A stretch of DNA of 64,000 nucleotides. Source: a virus (Duplodnaviria > Caudoviricetes). Both the position numbers and the translations under genes were made by a program. The notes under the pieces are model-generated. The model did no database searches and was not told where the DNA came from. It saw only the letters and a program-made list of their open reading frames with translations. The DNA lies in IMG/VR virus record IMGVR_UViG_3300032038_000005, positions 64,001 through 128,000 of that record; one strand, 5' to 3'. This document shows, piece by piece, positions 1-9,132 of the stretch; the stretch's first letter is position 1; each line of letters opens with the position of its first letter.

Positions 1-311
1 CATTGGCGGAATTTGGTCATTACGATGACGCCGCAATTGAGGTATTCATTGACGGCATTATCAAGTCTGGAAATTCCAGATTGATTAAAATGTTGGTCGG
101 TGGTGAGCATGATTTCTACATGCCTCGCATTACCAATTATCTCCTCGACAACCGGTTAGTCTCCATCGTGTGGAAGATGAAGGAGACAGTGTATCTCGAC
201 ATGGTTCAGTATTACAATGAACATGGTCAGTATGAAAAACAGCTCCAGTTAACGGACTACTGGAGTCAGAATCCCGACAAACCAGATCCGATGGACAAAT
301 TCAATCTCTGA
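1..311 (+). CDS. Hypothetical protein, 5'-truncated by the window edge
   Basis: Open frame to TGA at 309-311, followed by a terminator-like hairpin; C-terminus loosely resembles that of the next ORF. Confidence 0.7.
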   Translation, partial: LAEFGHYDDAAIEVFIDGIIKSGNSRLIKMLVGGEHDFYMPRITNYLLDNRLVSIVWKMKETVYLDMVQYYNEHGQYEKQLQLTDYWSQNPDKPDPMDKFNL

Positions 312-345
312 TCATATATCAGAGATATCAGATTGGGTCTAACAA

Positions 346-376
346 ACAAACTCCTTTCATTCGGGAGTTTGTTTTT
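346..376 (+). terminator. Intrinsic terminator
   Basis: AAACAAACTCC-loop-GGAGTTTGTTT followed by a T-rich tract. Confidence 0.7.
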
Positions 377-416
377 CTTGTGTTCTTTTTGTATGTTACC
401 GATTATTTTAAATCTT

Positions 417-444
417 CATATAAATATAATTAATATGATATGAA
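417..444 (+). promoter_or_regulatory. Putative phage early promoter motif, copy 1
   Basis: ATATAATTAATATGATATGAA, near-identical to 17891-17918 and 42968-42996, each upstream of an isolated + strand gene. Confidence 0.65.
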
Positions 445-453
445 TAAGTATCA

Positions 454-567
454 CTTATTACATCGACAAGATGTTCCATAACAGTATGGCATATCACATC
501 CACGTAGACTTCCATAAGGGTATCTAGTCAATATCCGTTTGCGGGATGCACACCAGGGGGTGTTATT
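454..567 (+). ncRNA. Conserved structured 5' leader RNA, copy 1
   Basis: Homologous to 17930-18049: shared GGCATATCACAT, AAGG, CT(A/T)GTCA loop and GGGATGCAC; compensatory changes in stems; RBS inside the hairpin ACACC-AGGG-GGTGT. Confidence 0.7.
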
Positions 568-1032
568 ATGGAAACAAAGACATTCACATATGGTAGCTAT
601 AAAGTTACCGTGGATCTCGAACCATTTAAGCGGTTCGATGGAGAAGAAGCCAGCGTCTTCTATGCCCATGTTAAATGGGTCGAAACAGCTGGATGGTGGT
701 CTTACAAGGGCACATTCGAGATGCATTTCTGGATCGATGGGAATACCGGAGATCTCTGGGGTTCCCGTGAATACACAGTGCAGCACCAGATCTCGAATTC
801 TCTGTCCATAAAATGGGGCTTTATCGAGCTCTGGATGCTCGACAGAGTTCCGGCACACATCATTGCTGGATTCATCCGGGGTGACGTTAAACAGTTCGAC
901 GAAGTTGTGACAACTCAGTCACAGCTCAATGAACTGATTGCGATCCTTGCCAATGCCGGGGAACATGATGCTGAGGTTATCCTCATGAATCATTTCGCAG
1001 GCAGGTTTGGACCGCCGGACCTCACACTCTGA
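568..1032 (+). CDS. Hypothetical (likely early) protein, 154 aa
   Basis: ATG with GGGGGTG RBS; flanked by conserved leader and trailer. Confidence 0.8.
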   Translation: METKTFTYGSYKVTVDLEPFKRFDGEEASVFYAHVKWVETAGWWSYKGTFEMHFWIDGNTGDLWGSREYTVQHQISNSLSIKWGFIELWMLDRVPAHIIAGFIRGDVKQFDEVVTTQSQLNELIAILANAGEHDAEVILMNHFAGRFGPPDLTL

Positions 1033-1039
1033 TGAAATG

Positions 1040-1112
1040 AATAACCGGGGGAGATCTCTGGGAGCTTGCTGTTTGTCGGCCCGACGCTCCATTCTCCCTC
1101 GGTTATTTTTTT
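1040..1112 (+). terminator. Conserved structured 3' element/terminator, copy 1
   Basis: AATAACCGGGGGAGA...TCTCCCTCGGTTATT plus T-tract, enclosing the core GGAGCTTGCTGTTTGTCGGCCCGACGCTCC; homologous to 18510-18585. Confidence 0.7.
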
Positions 1113-1118
1113 CTTTTT

Positions 1119-3272
1119 TTACATGTATTGATTGACACTTTGGAAGAATGCAATATCCGAATTGCTGAGTGTGTCCAATTGTGGTTCTTTTTCATATAGA
1201 TGTTTGTTATATTGATCAGCTCGATATCCATATGCATCTACACCACCTGGTTGATCAAATCCCATTCGTTGATCACGTTGATTTGAATTGATAATATCAT
1301 TCAACAACTGATTTTCATAAGCATTTGGATTCTCATAGTAGACAACATTATTGACAACTTCTTCTTGAATTGAATCCTCATACTGTTGGGTGATTTGATA
1401 TGCCTTCTCAAATGTTTGTTGTTCTTTGATAATACCGAATCGAGACAGGTCATAGCCATATGTTAATACATATAATACATGACAATATGCCATTACCACG
1501 TCATCATGTTCTCCACGGTCTGCTTGAATCTTACCGCCCATAATGGTTAAATTGGTAATATCTTTTACCAATAACTTTGAATAGATCATGTGACGATAAT
1601 CATGTACGAAGCGTTTCAATAGTGCCATCATGTCATTACGCACTTTTGCTGTGACATTTGTACCGATATATTTTTTGATCTGTCCACGATGCTTCATTTT
1701 CAATGCCGTATCCACAGTTCTTACCAAAGCATTCTTTGTGATATCCAACTGTGGATCGTGATAGAATCGATACTCTAATTGAGATTCTTGTACCCATTCT
1801 ACCAATGCCTTACCAACAGAATTGGTTTCTGGACAGAAAATAGCACGTGGTAACATCTTTGCTAATTGAGTAATGACACGTATCAAATCTAATGAACAAC
1901 CCAGATATGGAGAACAGATCTCTCCAACAATTTCCAATGTATAGGGATGAACGATAATCAATACTGTGTTGTCGCCACCCGTACCAGCAGCGATATCAAT
2001 GCCAATTAAGTATGGTACCGAGATGTCGAAATATGGATGTTCTGAATTTAAATCCTTTTCATGGATTTGATGATCATATACATACATCACATATTTTTTT
2101 AATAGCATGATTTCATGATCCGGATTTCGTACATGTGCAATCAAGTAATCAATGTCATCTTGTAAGAAGATACTGGTATCGGAACCACGATATCGTTCCA
2201 ATAGTACACCTCGACGATACTCTGAAATATTACCTGCAATTTCTGCAGCTCGATATTGTTCTGCAACCCATGCTTCTGTTTTGCGCAATTGCTTCCAATC
2301 GAATTCTATATGCAATTTTGTAACAGGTATCTTCATACCATCTTCTCCATCTTGTTCCATACCAGAAAACATCTTTTTGATATCTTCTTCTGGCAAGTCA
2401 TACATCTGTTCGGAGAACTTGGGAGTTGCTTCGATAATCTTCAATGCCTCTCTACCAATGGATGTTTCCAAGTCGCCAGGAGTTGATGCATACATCATAC
2501 AACAACGTTTTCCTAATTTACGTGCATTTTCACGAGCGGAGATCATAGCTGGTGCACCACCTGCGATAACAGAACCAACATATGGTAAGTATTCAAATTC
2601 GTCAATAAATCCACCAAACAAAGTATATCCTCTCAATTTGTCCTTTGCTTTGGATTCTGAATCTGCAACCGATACAATTGCAATGCTTGTACCATGTTCA
2701 TCATATTTCAAAGACTTTGTTCCCGGGGGATGTTTTCTCCCATACCAGGGATTCAAATAAGGTGGGAGTGATTCGATATAATCTCTCAGAATTCCTGCGT
2801 TATCTGTACAACGCGTCTCCGTCAAATGCAGATAGGGAATGTCACAATTTTGATATTCAAATAAAAACATATATGCAATGATTGCAGTCACCCATGTTGT
2901 TTTCATACATTGTCTTGGAGTACAGATAGAAAAATCAACAGAATGATCAAAACACCATAACATTGCAGCGGACATTCTCGATAGTTCGGTCTTCATTAAA
3001 CCCACACCACGTACAGGAATACGTAAGACTTCACGAAAAAAGAAATACGGATTTGCTTTACATTCTAACACAATCTTTGCAATCTCTTCTTGTGTGATAT
3101 CTTTTTTATAAGGATCGAGATCCTGTACTCCTAATTGTGGATACATGATACGAAGAGGAAAATACCAGTTCTTAATCCCAATGGTTTTCAATTCTTGGCA
3201 AGTTTGTAAAAAAGAAGTATTCGATGTGCCGAGATCATAATAGTTGTTGCCGATTTTACATACATTACTCAT
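1119..3272 (-). CDS. terL: Terminase large subunit
   Basis: Walker A-like PRQCMKTT, Walker B GFIDEFE, YASTPG, nuclease motifs GIDIAAG and HDDVVMA; start moved to ATG 3272 (AGGAG RBS, overlaps the upstream stop). Confidence 0.9.
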   Translation of the reverse strand: MSNVCKIGNNYYDLGTSNTSFLQTCQELKTIGIKNWYFPLRIMYPQLGVQDLDPYKKDITQEEIAKIVLECKANPYFFFREVLRIPVRGVGLMKTELSRMSAAMLWCFDHSVDFSICTPRQCMKTTWVTAIIAYMFLFEYQNCDIPYLHLTETRCTDNAGILRDYIESLPPYLNPWYGRKHPPGTKSLKYDEHGTSIAIVSVADSESKAKDKLRGYTLFGGFIDEFEYLPYVGSVIAGGAPAMISARENARKLGKRCCMMYASTPGDLETSIGREALKIIEATPKFSEQMYDLPEEDIKKMFSGMEQDGEDGMKIPVTKLHIEFDWKQLRKTEAWVAEQYRAAEIAGNISEYRRGVLLERYRGSDTSIFLQDDIDYLIAHVRNPDHEIMLLKKYVMYVYDHQIHEKDLNSEHPYFDISVPYLIGIDIAAGTGGDNTVLIIVHPYTLEIVGEICSPYLGCSLDLIRVITQLAKMLPRAIFCPETNSVGKALVEWVQESQLEYRFYHDPQLDITKNALVRTVDTALKMKHRGQIKKYIGTNVTAKVRNDMMALLKRFVHDYRHMIYSKLLVKDITNLTIMGGKIQADRGEHDDVVMAYCHVLYVLTYGYDLSRFGIIKEQQTFEKAYQITQQYEDSIQEEVVNNVVYYENPNAYENQLLNDIINSNQRDQRMGFDQPGGVDAYGYRADQYNKHLYEKEPQLDTLSNSDIAFFQSVNQYM

Positions 3273-5481
3273 TTGATACAGCTCCTGTTTCATTTTGAAC
3301 CGGCGCTGGTTTAGCAGCAAGATCATTAAATTGATTCAGCAATTCATCCATTTTAGCCGCAACCCCCTCAATACCTTGGAGATATAAATCAATTGATGCG
3401 AAGAGATCTATCGTTGATTTAATGAAATTTCCATCCCATTGTAGATACTGTTGAATATTCGTCAATTGATTGCGTGCAGCATTAGATAAAATTCCATCTT
3501 TTACATTAGCATCCGCGGTAGATACAGCATTAAGACAGGCAATTAATCCATTATTTTTATTTGGATCCCCAATTATGTTACTAATCATTGCTAATTTTCT
3601 TGATAGACTTTCACGAATACCGATATACTGAGCTAATGGTAAATTAAACTCAGCAATTGTTTCACCTTTATAGGCGTTCGTAAATTGATCATAGAAATTA
3701 ACGATATATTTTCTATATTCGAATGCGAATTGACTCATATCGAGATTTAACGAAAATGCTTCAATAGTTTTTTTCCCTTTCTCAGCAACCTTAGAAACTC
3801 CCTTCATTAGCTGATTACCCATTGAAGACATTGTGCCTTTAAGAGTTGAGAGCTCTCCTTGTTTGGTATCACCGGTGTACCGCTGTATTTGGCTTCCCCC
3901 ACTTTTTTGAGCTTCAAATTGTTTAAAATATTCATCGAGTTCTGATTGGCTCTTTGGAATGGGATGTCCATTTTTTACGCTGTTGATTATAAACACATTG
4001 AATTCCTTGGCAATATTCTTAATCTGTTCTTTAGACATATTCGGATTTGATTTCGCTATTTTATTTGCGGCAAATGTCATAAACTTCCTTTGCTGTTCTT
4101 CCGATATTGATATTTTTGTTGCGGTTAACTTTTGCTTATCATTTTCAGGATTTTGATTTTCCTGTTTCTGTTGTTGTGGCTTTGGAGCAGCTGCTGGTGG
4201 TTCTTGATTCTCTTTAGCTGGTGTTTCAGCTGGTGTTACAGGTGTCTCCTCTTCCTGATAAAATGAGTCCCAACTGATGATAGGGATATCATATTCCGAA
4301 AATTGACCAGATTGTTGCTGTTTTAATAACTGATTACATTTGATAATATAATATTTAATATAATTTTCCAATGCTAAACCACTATAGTCTCCAGATTTGA
4401 TTTTCTGTTCAACTTGTTCAAGCGACATTTCTTGTTTTGATAAAAAGGTTGAGGCATGTGAGTCGATCAATCTAAAATCGATGGGAACATGCAAAACACC
4501 TTGCTCATCATATCTTACAAGATCCACAATTTCGTCAATATTAATATTTGGAGGAATAACACCTGCCACGCCAGAATTTTGGATAATCAATGAAATGAAT
4601 TTTTTTGCATTTTGAGAAACCTGACTTGCAAGTTTGTTAATATTCTCTTTCATAGCAGACATTTCTTGTGTGAAATTTTCAGCAGCCTGATTTATTGCAT
4701 CAGAAGCATAAGTTTTTACGTCATTCATCATATCTTGTGCTTTAGCAGTTGCATTATTCATCATATCTTGTGCTTTAGCAGTTGCATTTCTAAGGGTATC
4801 TTGTGCTGCACTTTGAACGTAATCCTTTCCTTTCTGAACTAACTCATCAGCTTTACCTTTTGCATATTCTTTTGCTTTTTCGTCTAAACCTGCTTGGTGA
4901 GCTAAATATGCACCACCAGCTAATGCTGCAACTGTTCCGGCCTTTCGAGCAAAATCTCTTCGACTTTCTTCACGATCGCTTCTTTTTTCAAACTCAACAA
5001 ACATCTTGTAGCATTCTTCCCGGAAGTTTTGATCATTCTTCATGGCGTCGAGCATTTGTGAAGTTAACGGTACCATTTCTGGTTCTTTACTTTTCATTTG
5101 CTCCAAATTATCAACGGTTTTCTTTGCTTCATTGATTGCCTGGTCACTACTCATTTTTTGTGTTTGATCATTTACGACTCCGAATAATTTACGTAAAAAA
5201 TCCCACATTTTTTGCAGAATACCTTTTTTAGCAGTATCCTTATTATTCTGATCAGTTTGATCAACCCCGGTTTGGTTGGTAGCATCGTTACTTTGATTAG
5301 ATCCCCCTTGTTGTCCAGCTTCTTGAATGAGTATAGCCCTTAATAAATCATCATTATAACAGGTCTCTAACATCCATATTGCTTTTCCATATGAATTCAT
5401 TAATTCGTTTGCAACTAAGAAATCATAGTTTTGTTTAGAAGAACGGAACTCATCTAAATTAAAAAAGAATGAATTTTCCAT
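3265..5481 (-). CDS. Putative internal head/virion protein
   Basis: Helical low-complexity protein; LIQE-A followed by the amphipathic KKGILQKMWDFLRKLFG, as in the 55414 and 58353 ORFs; start moved to MENSFFF. Confidence 0.55.
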   Translation of the reverse strand: MENSFFFNLDEFRSSKQNYDFLVANELMNSYGKAIWMLETCYNDDLLRAILIQEAGQQGGSNQSNDATNQTGVDQTDQNNKDTAKKGILQKMWDFLRKLFGVVNDQTQKMSSDQAINEAKKTVDNLEQMKSKEPEMVPLTSQMLDAMKNDQNFREECYKMFVEFEKRSDREESRRDFARKAGTVAALAGGAYLAHQAGLDEKAKEYAKGKADELVQKGKDYVQSAAQDTLRNATAKAQDMMNNATAKAQDMMNDVKTYASDAINQAAENFTQEMSAMKENINKLASQVSQNAKKFISLIIQNSGVAGVIPPNINIDEIVDLVRYDEQGVLHVPIDFRLIDSHASTFLSKQEMSLEQVEQKIKSGDYSGLALENYIKYYIIKCNQLLKQQQSGQFSEYDIPIISWDSFYQEEETPVTPAETPAKENQEPPAAAPKPQQQKQENQNPENDKQKLTATKISISEEQQRKFMTFAANKIAKSNPNMSKEQIKNIAKEFNVFIINSVKNGHPIPKSQSELDEYFKQFEAQKSGGSQIQRYTGDTKQGELSTLKGTMSSMGNQLMKGVSKVAEKGKKTIEAFSLNLDMSQFAFEYRKYIVNFYDQFTNAYKGETIAEFNLPLAQYIGIRESLSRKLAMISNIIGDPNKNNGLIACLNAVSTADANVKDGILSNAARNQLTNIQQYLQWDGNFIKSTIDLFASIDLYLQGIEGVAAKMDELLNQFNDLAAKPAPVQNETGAVSNE

Positions 5482-5515
5482 AATTGATAACCCCTTTTCA
5501 TTATTATCTTTAATC

Positions 5516-5543
5516 GTATGTCGGGGCATGTGCCCCGACATAC
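5516..5543. repeat. GGGGC-core intergenic palindrome
   Basis: GTATGTCGGGGC-ATGT-GCCCCGACATAC. Confidence 0.75.
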
Positions 5544-5560
5544 AACACTATTTCTTTGGT

Positions 5561-7834
5561 TTACTGATATTCTTTTACCTGTTGTAATACCGGAATTAAT
5601 TCTACGAATTTGTGGTATACGTGCTCGACATATTCTCTGGGATAACCATCAAATGTGTTTGTCTCGTCAATTGTTTTGAAGAAGTTTGTTAAGTCGACAG
5701 CACCATGAGCCTGTTCCTGATACTGCATATAGAAGGAATTCAGAATCAGGATATTGCGTAAGTCAGGAATTGAGATTGTTACCTGCACATTACCAATCAT
5801 CACGTCATAAGTGACATCGAATCTACCAGCGTTGTGATAGCTAAACATTTCGGGAGCCATTTTAATACCCATGAACTTAAGCACGTTCTTAAGATTATCA
5901 ATCTGTGGGAACTGATTGTACTTGGTGGTGTCAATTGCCATGTCGTTCAGCTGGCTCATAAGAATGGAGTTCTCTTCGTACTGAGAACCGCGGAAGTATG
6001 TGGTGATTTTGGAGAATGCCTGAATACCAACACCTGCAAGGAAATTGTAAGTGTCGTATTCTCCAAACTTAATCGGATTGTCGGAGTAATGCCGCATAGA
6101 CTTCTTACCAAACAGATGGCTCTTTACCGGCTGGTCATACCATGTTGTCTTAGAGGTAGCAACTGCACTCATGGCTTTGGACGGCTCCTGTTTCAGTACC
6201 CAGGTGTACTGATATCCAATGGCGTATTCACCTGGAAGTTCAATCCAGCGATGACGGAGCTTTGTATACAGTTTGTGTTTCTTCATAATGTCAGGCCATT
6301 TGGTATAGCATGTCACAAGTGCATCACGAACACATACCTCATTCAACGGCATAATCTGGATATAGATGCCGTTCTTAATAATGTCCTGATAGACACGCCC
6401 CGGCTGTTCATAATACAAGCGAATCAACTCATCACCATTTGCAGGTTCAAAGGTGCCGACGAATTCCGCAACCAGCATCACAATGTCTGTATGATTAACA
6501 CCTTGCTCATGAAGTTTCAAGATGTGTTCCCACATTCTCTCCTGCATGAATGTCATCGTCGCTTCATATGTGGCGAATGCAATGATTCTGTTAGGAACTG
6601 CCAATCCATTTGCTAACATCTCTACATGATTACCATCTTCCGTACGAGGCATGCAGCGGTCAGGAACAATCTTAGTGATAACAGACTTATTACCAACACG
6701 GCCAACCACTTTCTGGCCGATGTGGATTGGTACATGTTTCAGCACTTTAAAACGAATGACGGTGTCAACGATATACTCCTTCGTGACCCATGTGGAATTC
6801 GCGAGATACTTTTCAGCACGTTCCCGCATATCAATCAACGAGATATCATCTTGGTATGGGTCGGTGACGATGGTCGCGATAAAGTCATAAATCTCCGAAT
6901 AGAACTCCTGGCACTGCTTGAGATAATAGTTCAACTGCTCATTCTCAGAATCTACATTGGCGAAGATGTCGATATCCACAACCTGTCCACGACTATAATA
7001 GTTCTTGTCATTGATATGGGGAATCAATGCTTCAGAAGCAGAGGACAGATAGGAGCTTTCACGGATGGAACAGATGATATCGTTCTGTACAAATTCTCCG
7101 ATATTCGGAAACGGCTTATACAGATTTCTGTCACCATACTGATTCAACAGATACGAGTCTTTCTTCAGGTTGACAGTAACGATATCGACCATGTCATATT
7201 CCAGTTTCTTTGCAGCAGATTCTGATACAATCAGTGCATCTTCTGTCAGTTCCGGCAACACCGTGTATGCGATTCTCAGATTTCTTCCGGAGCAATAATG
7301 GCCGTTTACATAGGAAGAACTCTGGCTAATGGGTGTACCAGCAGGAAGCGTATCACCGACGTCATACTTTCCGTTGATTCTGTCATAGGTACGGAACCCG
7401 TATTTCTCAATCAGATTTTCTGCCAGATTCACCTGTTCGCATTTGTACTTGCCGGTGGCTTTATCACGAAAGATATACACGACCGGAGAGATGGGTTCAT
7501 TCTTGAACTTGACGAACTTACGCACAAGCTCATAGTCGTGTTTTGCAGTCACATTCCAAGAAGAACGCATGCCGAACGGGTCTTCTGCACCGGTGTAGAC
7601 GCGGGGGAATTCGGGATGTGTCGGTACCACATACTGGGAAGTGTGACGGGCGGCCATATTGGAACGGACGGTTGATATTTTGTCGGGGAATGTCATGGCG
7701 GAGATACCGACTGTCGACAATTTGTTCAGACCCTCTGTACGGGCTTTGATATCGGACATGGTATTCATGACGATTCTCTTCTTCTTTTTCGGCTGTTCGT
7801 TTGCATTGGTAAGTTCGGGCTTTTTCTTACTCAT
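5561..7834 (-). CDS. Phage multisubunit RNA polymerase beta subunit, C-terminal half (probably non-virion)
   Basis: TEDALIVSE, GQKVVGRVGNKSVI (cf. GDKxxGRHGNKGV) and PIKFGEYD (cf. GQRFGEME). Confidence 0.9.
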   Translation of the reverse strand: MSKKKPELTNANEQPKKKKRIVMNTMSDIKARTEGLNKLSTVGISAMTFPDKISTVRSNMAARHTSQYVVPTHPEFPRVYTGAEDPFGMRSSWNVTAKHDYELVRKFVKFKNEPISPVVYIFRDKATGKYKCEQVNLAENLIEKYGFRTYDRINGKYDVGDTLPAGTPISQSSSYVNGHYCSGRNLRIAYTVLPELTEDALIVSESAAKKLEYDMVDIVTVNLKKDSYLLNQYGDRNLYKPFPNIGEFVQNDIICSIRESSYLSSASEALIPHINDKNYYSRGQVVDIDIFANVDSENEQLNYYLKQCQEFYSEIYDFIATIVTDPYQDDISLIDMRERAEKYLANSTWVTKEYIVDTVIRFKVLKHVPIHIGQKVVGRVGNKSVITKIVPDRCMPRTEDGNHVEMLANGLAVPNRIIAFATYEATMTFMQERMWEHILKLHEQGVNHTDIVMLVAEFVGTFEPANGDELIRLYYEQPGRVYQDIIKNGIYIQIMPLNEVCVRDALVTCYTKWPDIMKKHKLYTKLRHRWIELPGEYAIGYQYTWVLKQEPSKAMSAVATSKTTWYDQPVKSHLFGKKSMRHYSDNPIKFGEYDTYNFLAGVGIQAFSKITTYFRGSQYEENSILMSQLNDMAIDTTKYNQFPQIDNLKNVLKFMGIKMAPEMFSYHNAGRFDVTYDVMIGNVQVTISIPDLRNILILNSFYMQYQEQAHGAVDLTNFFKTIDETNTFDGYPREYVEHVYHKFVELIPVLQQVKEYQ

Positions 7835-7862
7835 AGCATTTTCCTCCTATAATGAAAAGATT

Positions 7863-8714
7863 TTAAAGTTGTGATAACACATCTCTGACGTATTTTGCAC
7901 AAGGTGAATGATCAAAGTTCCCTTCTTTAATATCAACCTTGGAAAACGTCAGGATGAGGTATACCGAAATAATGATATAGATGTCTGAATTGAAAATAAT
8001 GTTAGAACACATTCTTTCCAACAGATTCTGGACATCGATGGCAATCCCTTGGTTGTCGACACTTTCTGTCTGATAGAAAGCGATGGTATGTTCCATGTCA
8101 GGACCAAAGTAATTGTCAGCCATCCATTTTTCCACTTTCTTAGAATTGATTCTGCGTGTCGTAGACAGAAACTCTTTCCAGTCTTTTACAGAGATGGATT
8201 CAACAGTGTATTCGATAATGTCTTTCATCGTGGAAATATCCTTTAAGCGAATTGCTTCAATCATCTCCAAGAACTTATACACTGCCCAATACAATACGAT
8301 GTCATCGATCACAGTATCCAGCTTACCGGGATTGGCTTTCAGCTCTATATGAACGGGATGTGTTTCCGGAATCGTAGCATACAAATCTTCCAACGTAATT
8401 CGCTTCTTGATTCGTTCATATTCCGGTGATGTTCTGGAAACAACCACAATCTGTGGTGTATGTCCATCTTCGTTTTCTAACTCTTCATCCATATTGTCAT
8501 TCGGCACAAACAGTTCAATTGGATGTGACACTAATTCTACATCATTTGTGATGTTCTTATAATATTCCACGAATGCATCTCTGTCTAAGATCTTATGATG
8601 GTTATTGGCCAATCGAATGGTATTAAAATAGATATTCTCTGAATTCACCAAGTATTGATGATTTTTGTAAACGGGTTCCCATTTTCTGTCACGACCCATA
8701 GGAATTAAAATCAT
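7863..8714 (-). CDS. Hypothetical protein, 283 aa
   Basis: AAGGAGG RBS; co-oriented with the RNAP beta-C gene. Confidence 0.75.
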   Translation of the reverse strand: MILIPMGRDRKWEPVYKNHQYLVNSENIYFNTIRLANNHHKILDRDAFVEYYKNITNDVELVSHPIELFVPNDNMDEELENEDGHTPQIVVVSRTSPEYERIKKRITLEDLYATIPETHPVHIELKANPGKLDTVIDDIVLYWAVYKFLEMIEAIRLKDISTMKDIIEYTVESISVKDWKEFLSTTRRINSKKVEKWMADNYFGPDMEHTIAFYQTESVDNQGIAIDVQNLLERMCSNIIFNSDIYIIISVYLILTFSKVDIKEGNFDHSPCAKYVRDVLSQL

Positions 8715-8896
8715 GATAGTTCCTCCTTTAAATTACATTGTCAAGGATCGTTGGATTCCTTTTGTTCATAATAAGTTTCACGAATTTGAAAATAATTCTC
8801 TATTACGAAAGTGATTCCGTTTTGTTGTATATAATATACAACAACCTGATCCAACGTTTCCTGTGGAACAGTTTCCATCTGGAATTCACCACCTCA

Positions 8897-9130
8897 TTAA
8901 GTATTCTCTTCAATAAACTCTTCCATTGCAGACATATCAAAATTCTGAATTGGAGTTGTCGAATTGACGGAGTTTGGAACAGCGGCACTACGACCGCTGT
9001 TCATTCTCCTTGCCATTTCTTCTTTTTGCTTCACACGAATATCTCGAAGGACATGAACGAATCGAAGCGGGAAGCGTCCAAGTATCTCTAATGGAATGAC
9101 ATTCTTGAATAATTCACCATATTCAATCAA
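8897..9130 (-). CDS. Small baseplate/tail chaperone-like ORF (T4 gp51-like or frameshift extension)
   Basis: Lies in the -1 frame directly after the gp26-like gene; TTG start with no clear RBS. Confidence 0.45.
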   Translation of the reverse strand: MIEYGELFKNVIPLEILGRFPLRFVHVLRDIRVKQKEEMARRMNSGRSAAVPNSVNSTTPIQNFDMSAMEEFIEENT

Positions 9131-9132
9131 AC

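Noticed and set aside
4718-4790. 33-bp tandem repeat encoding NATAKAQDMMN
   Set aside because: Ordinary intragenic helical repeat, not an array or regulatory element
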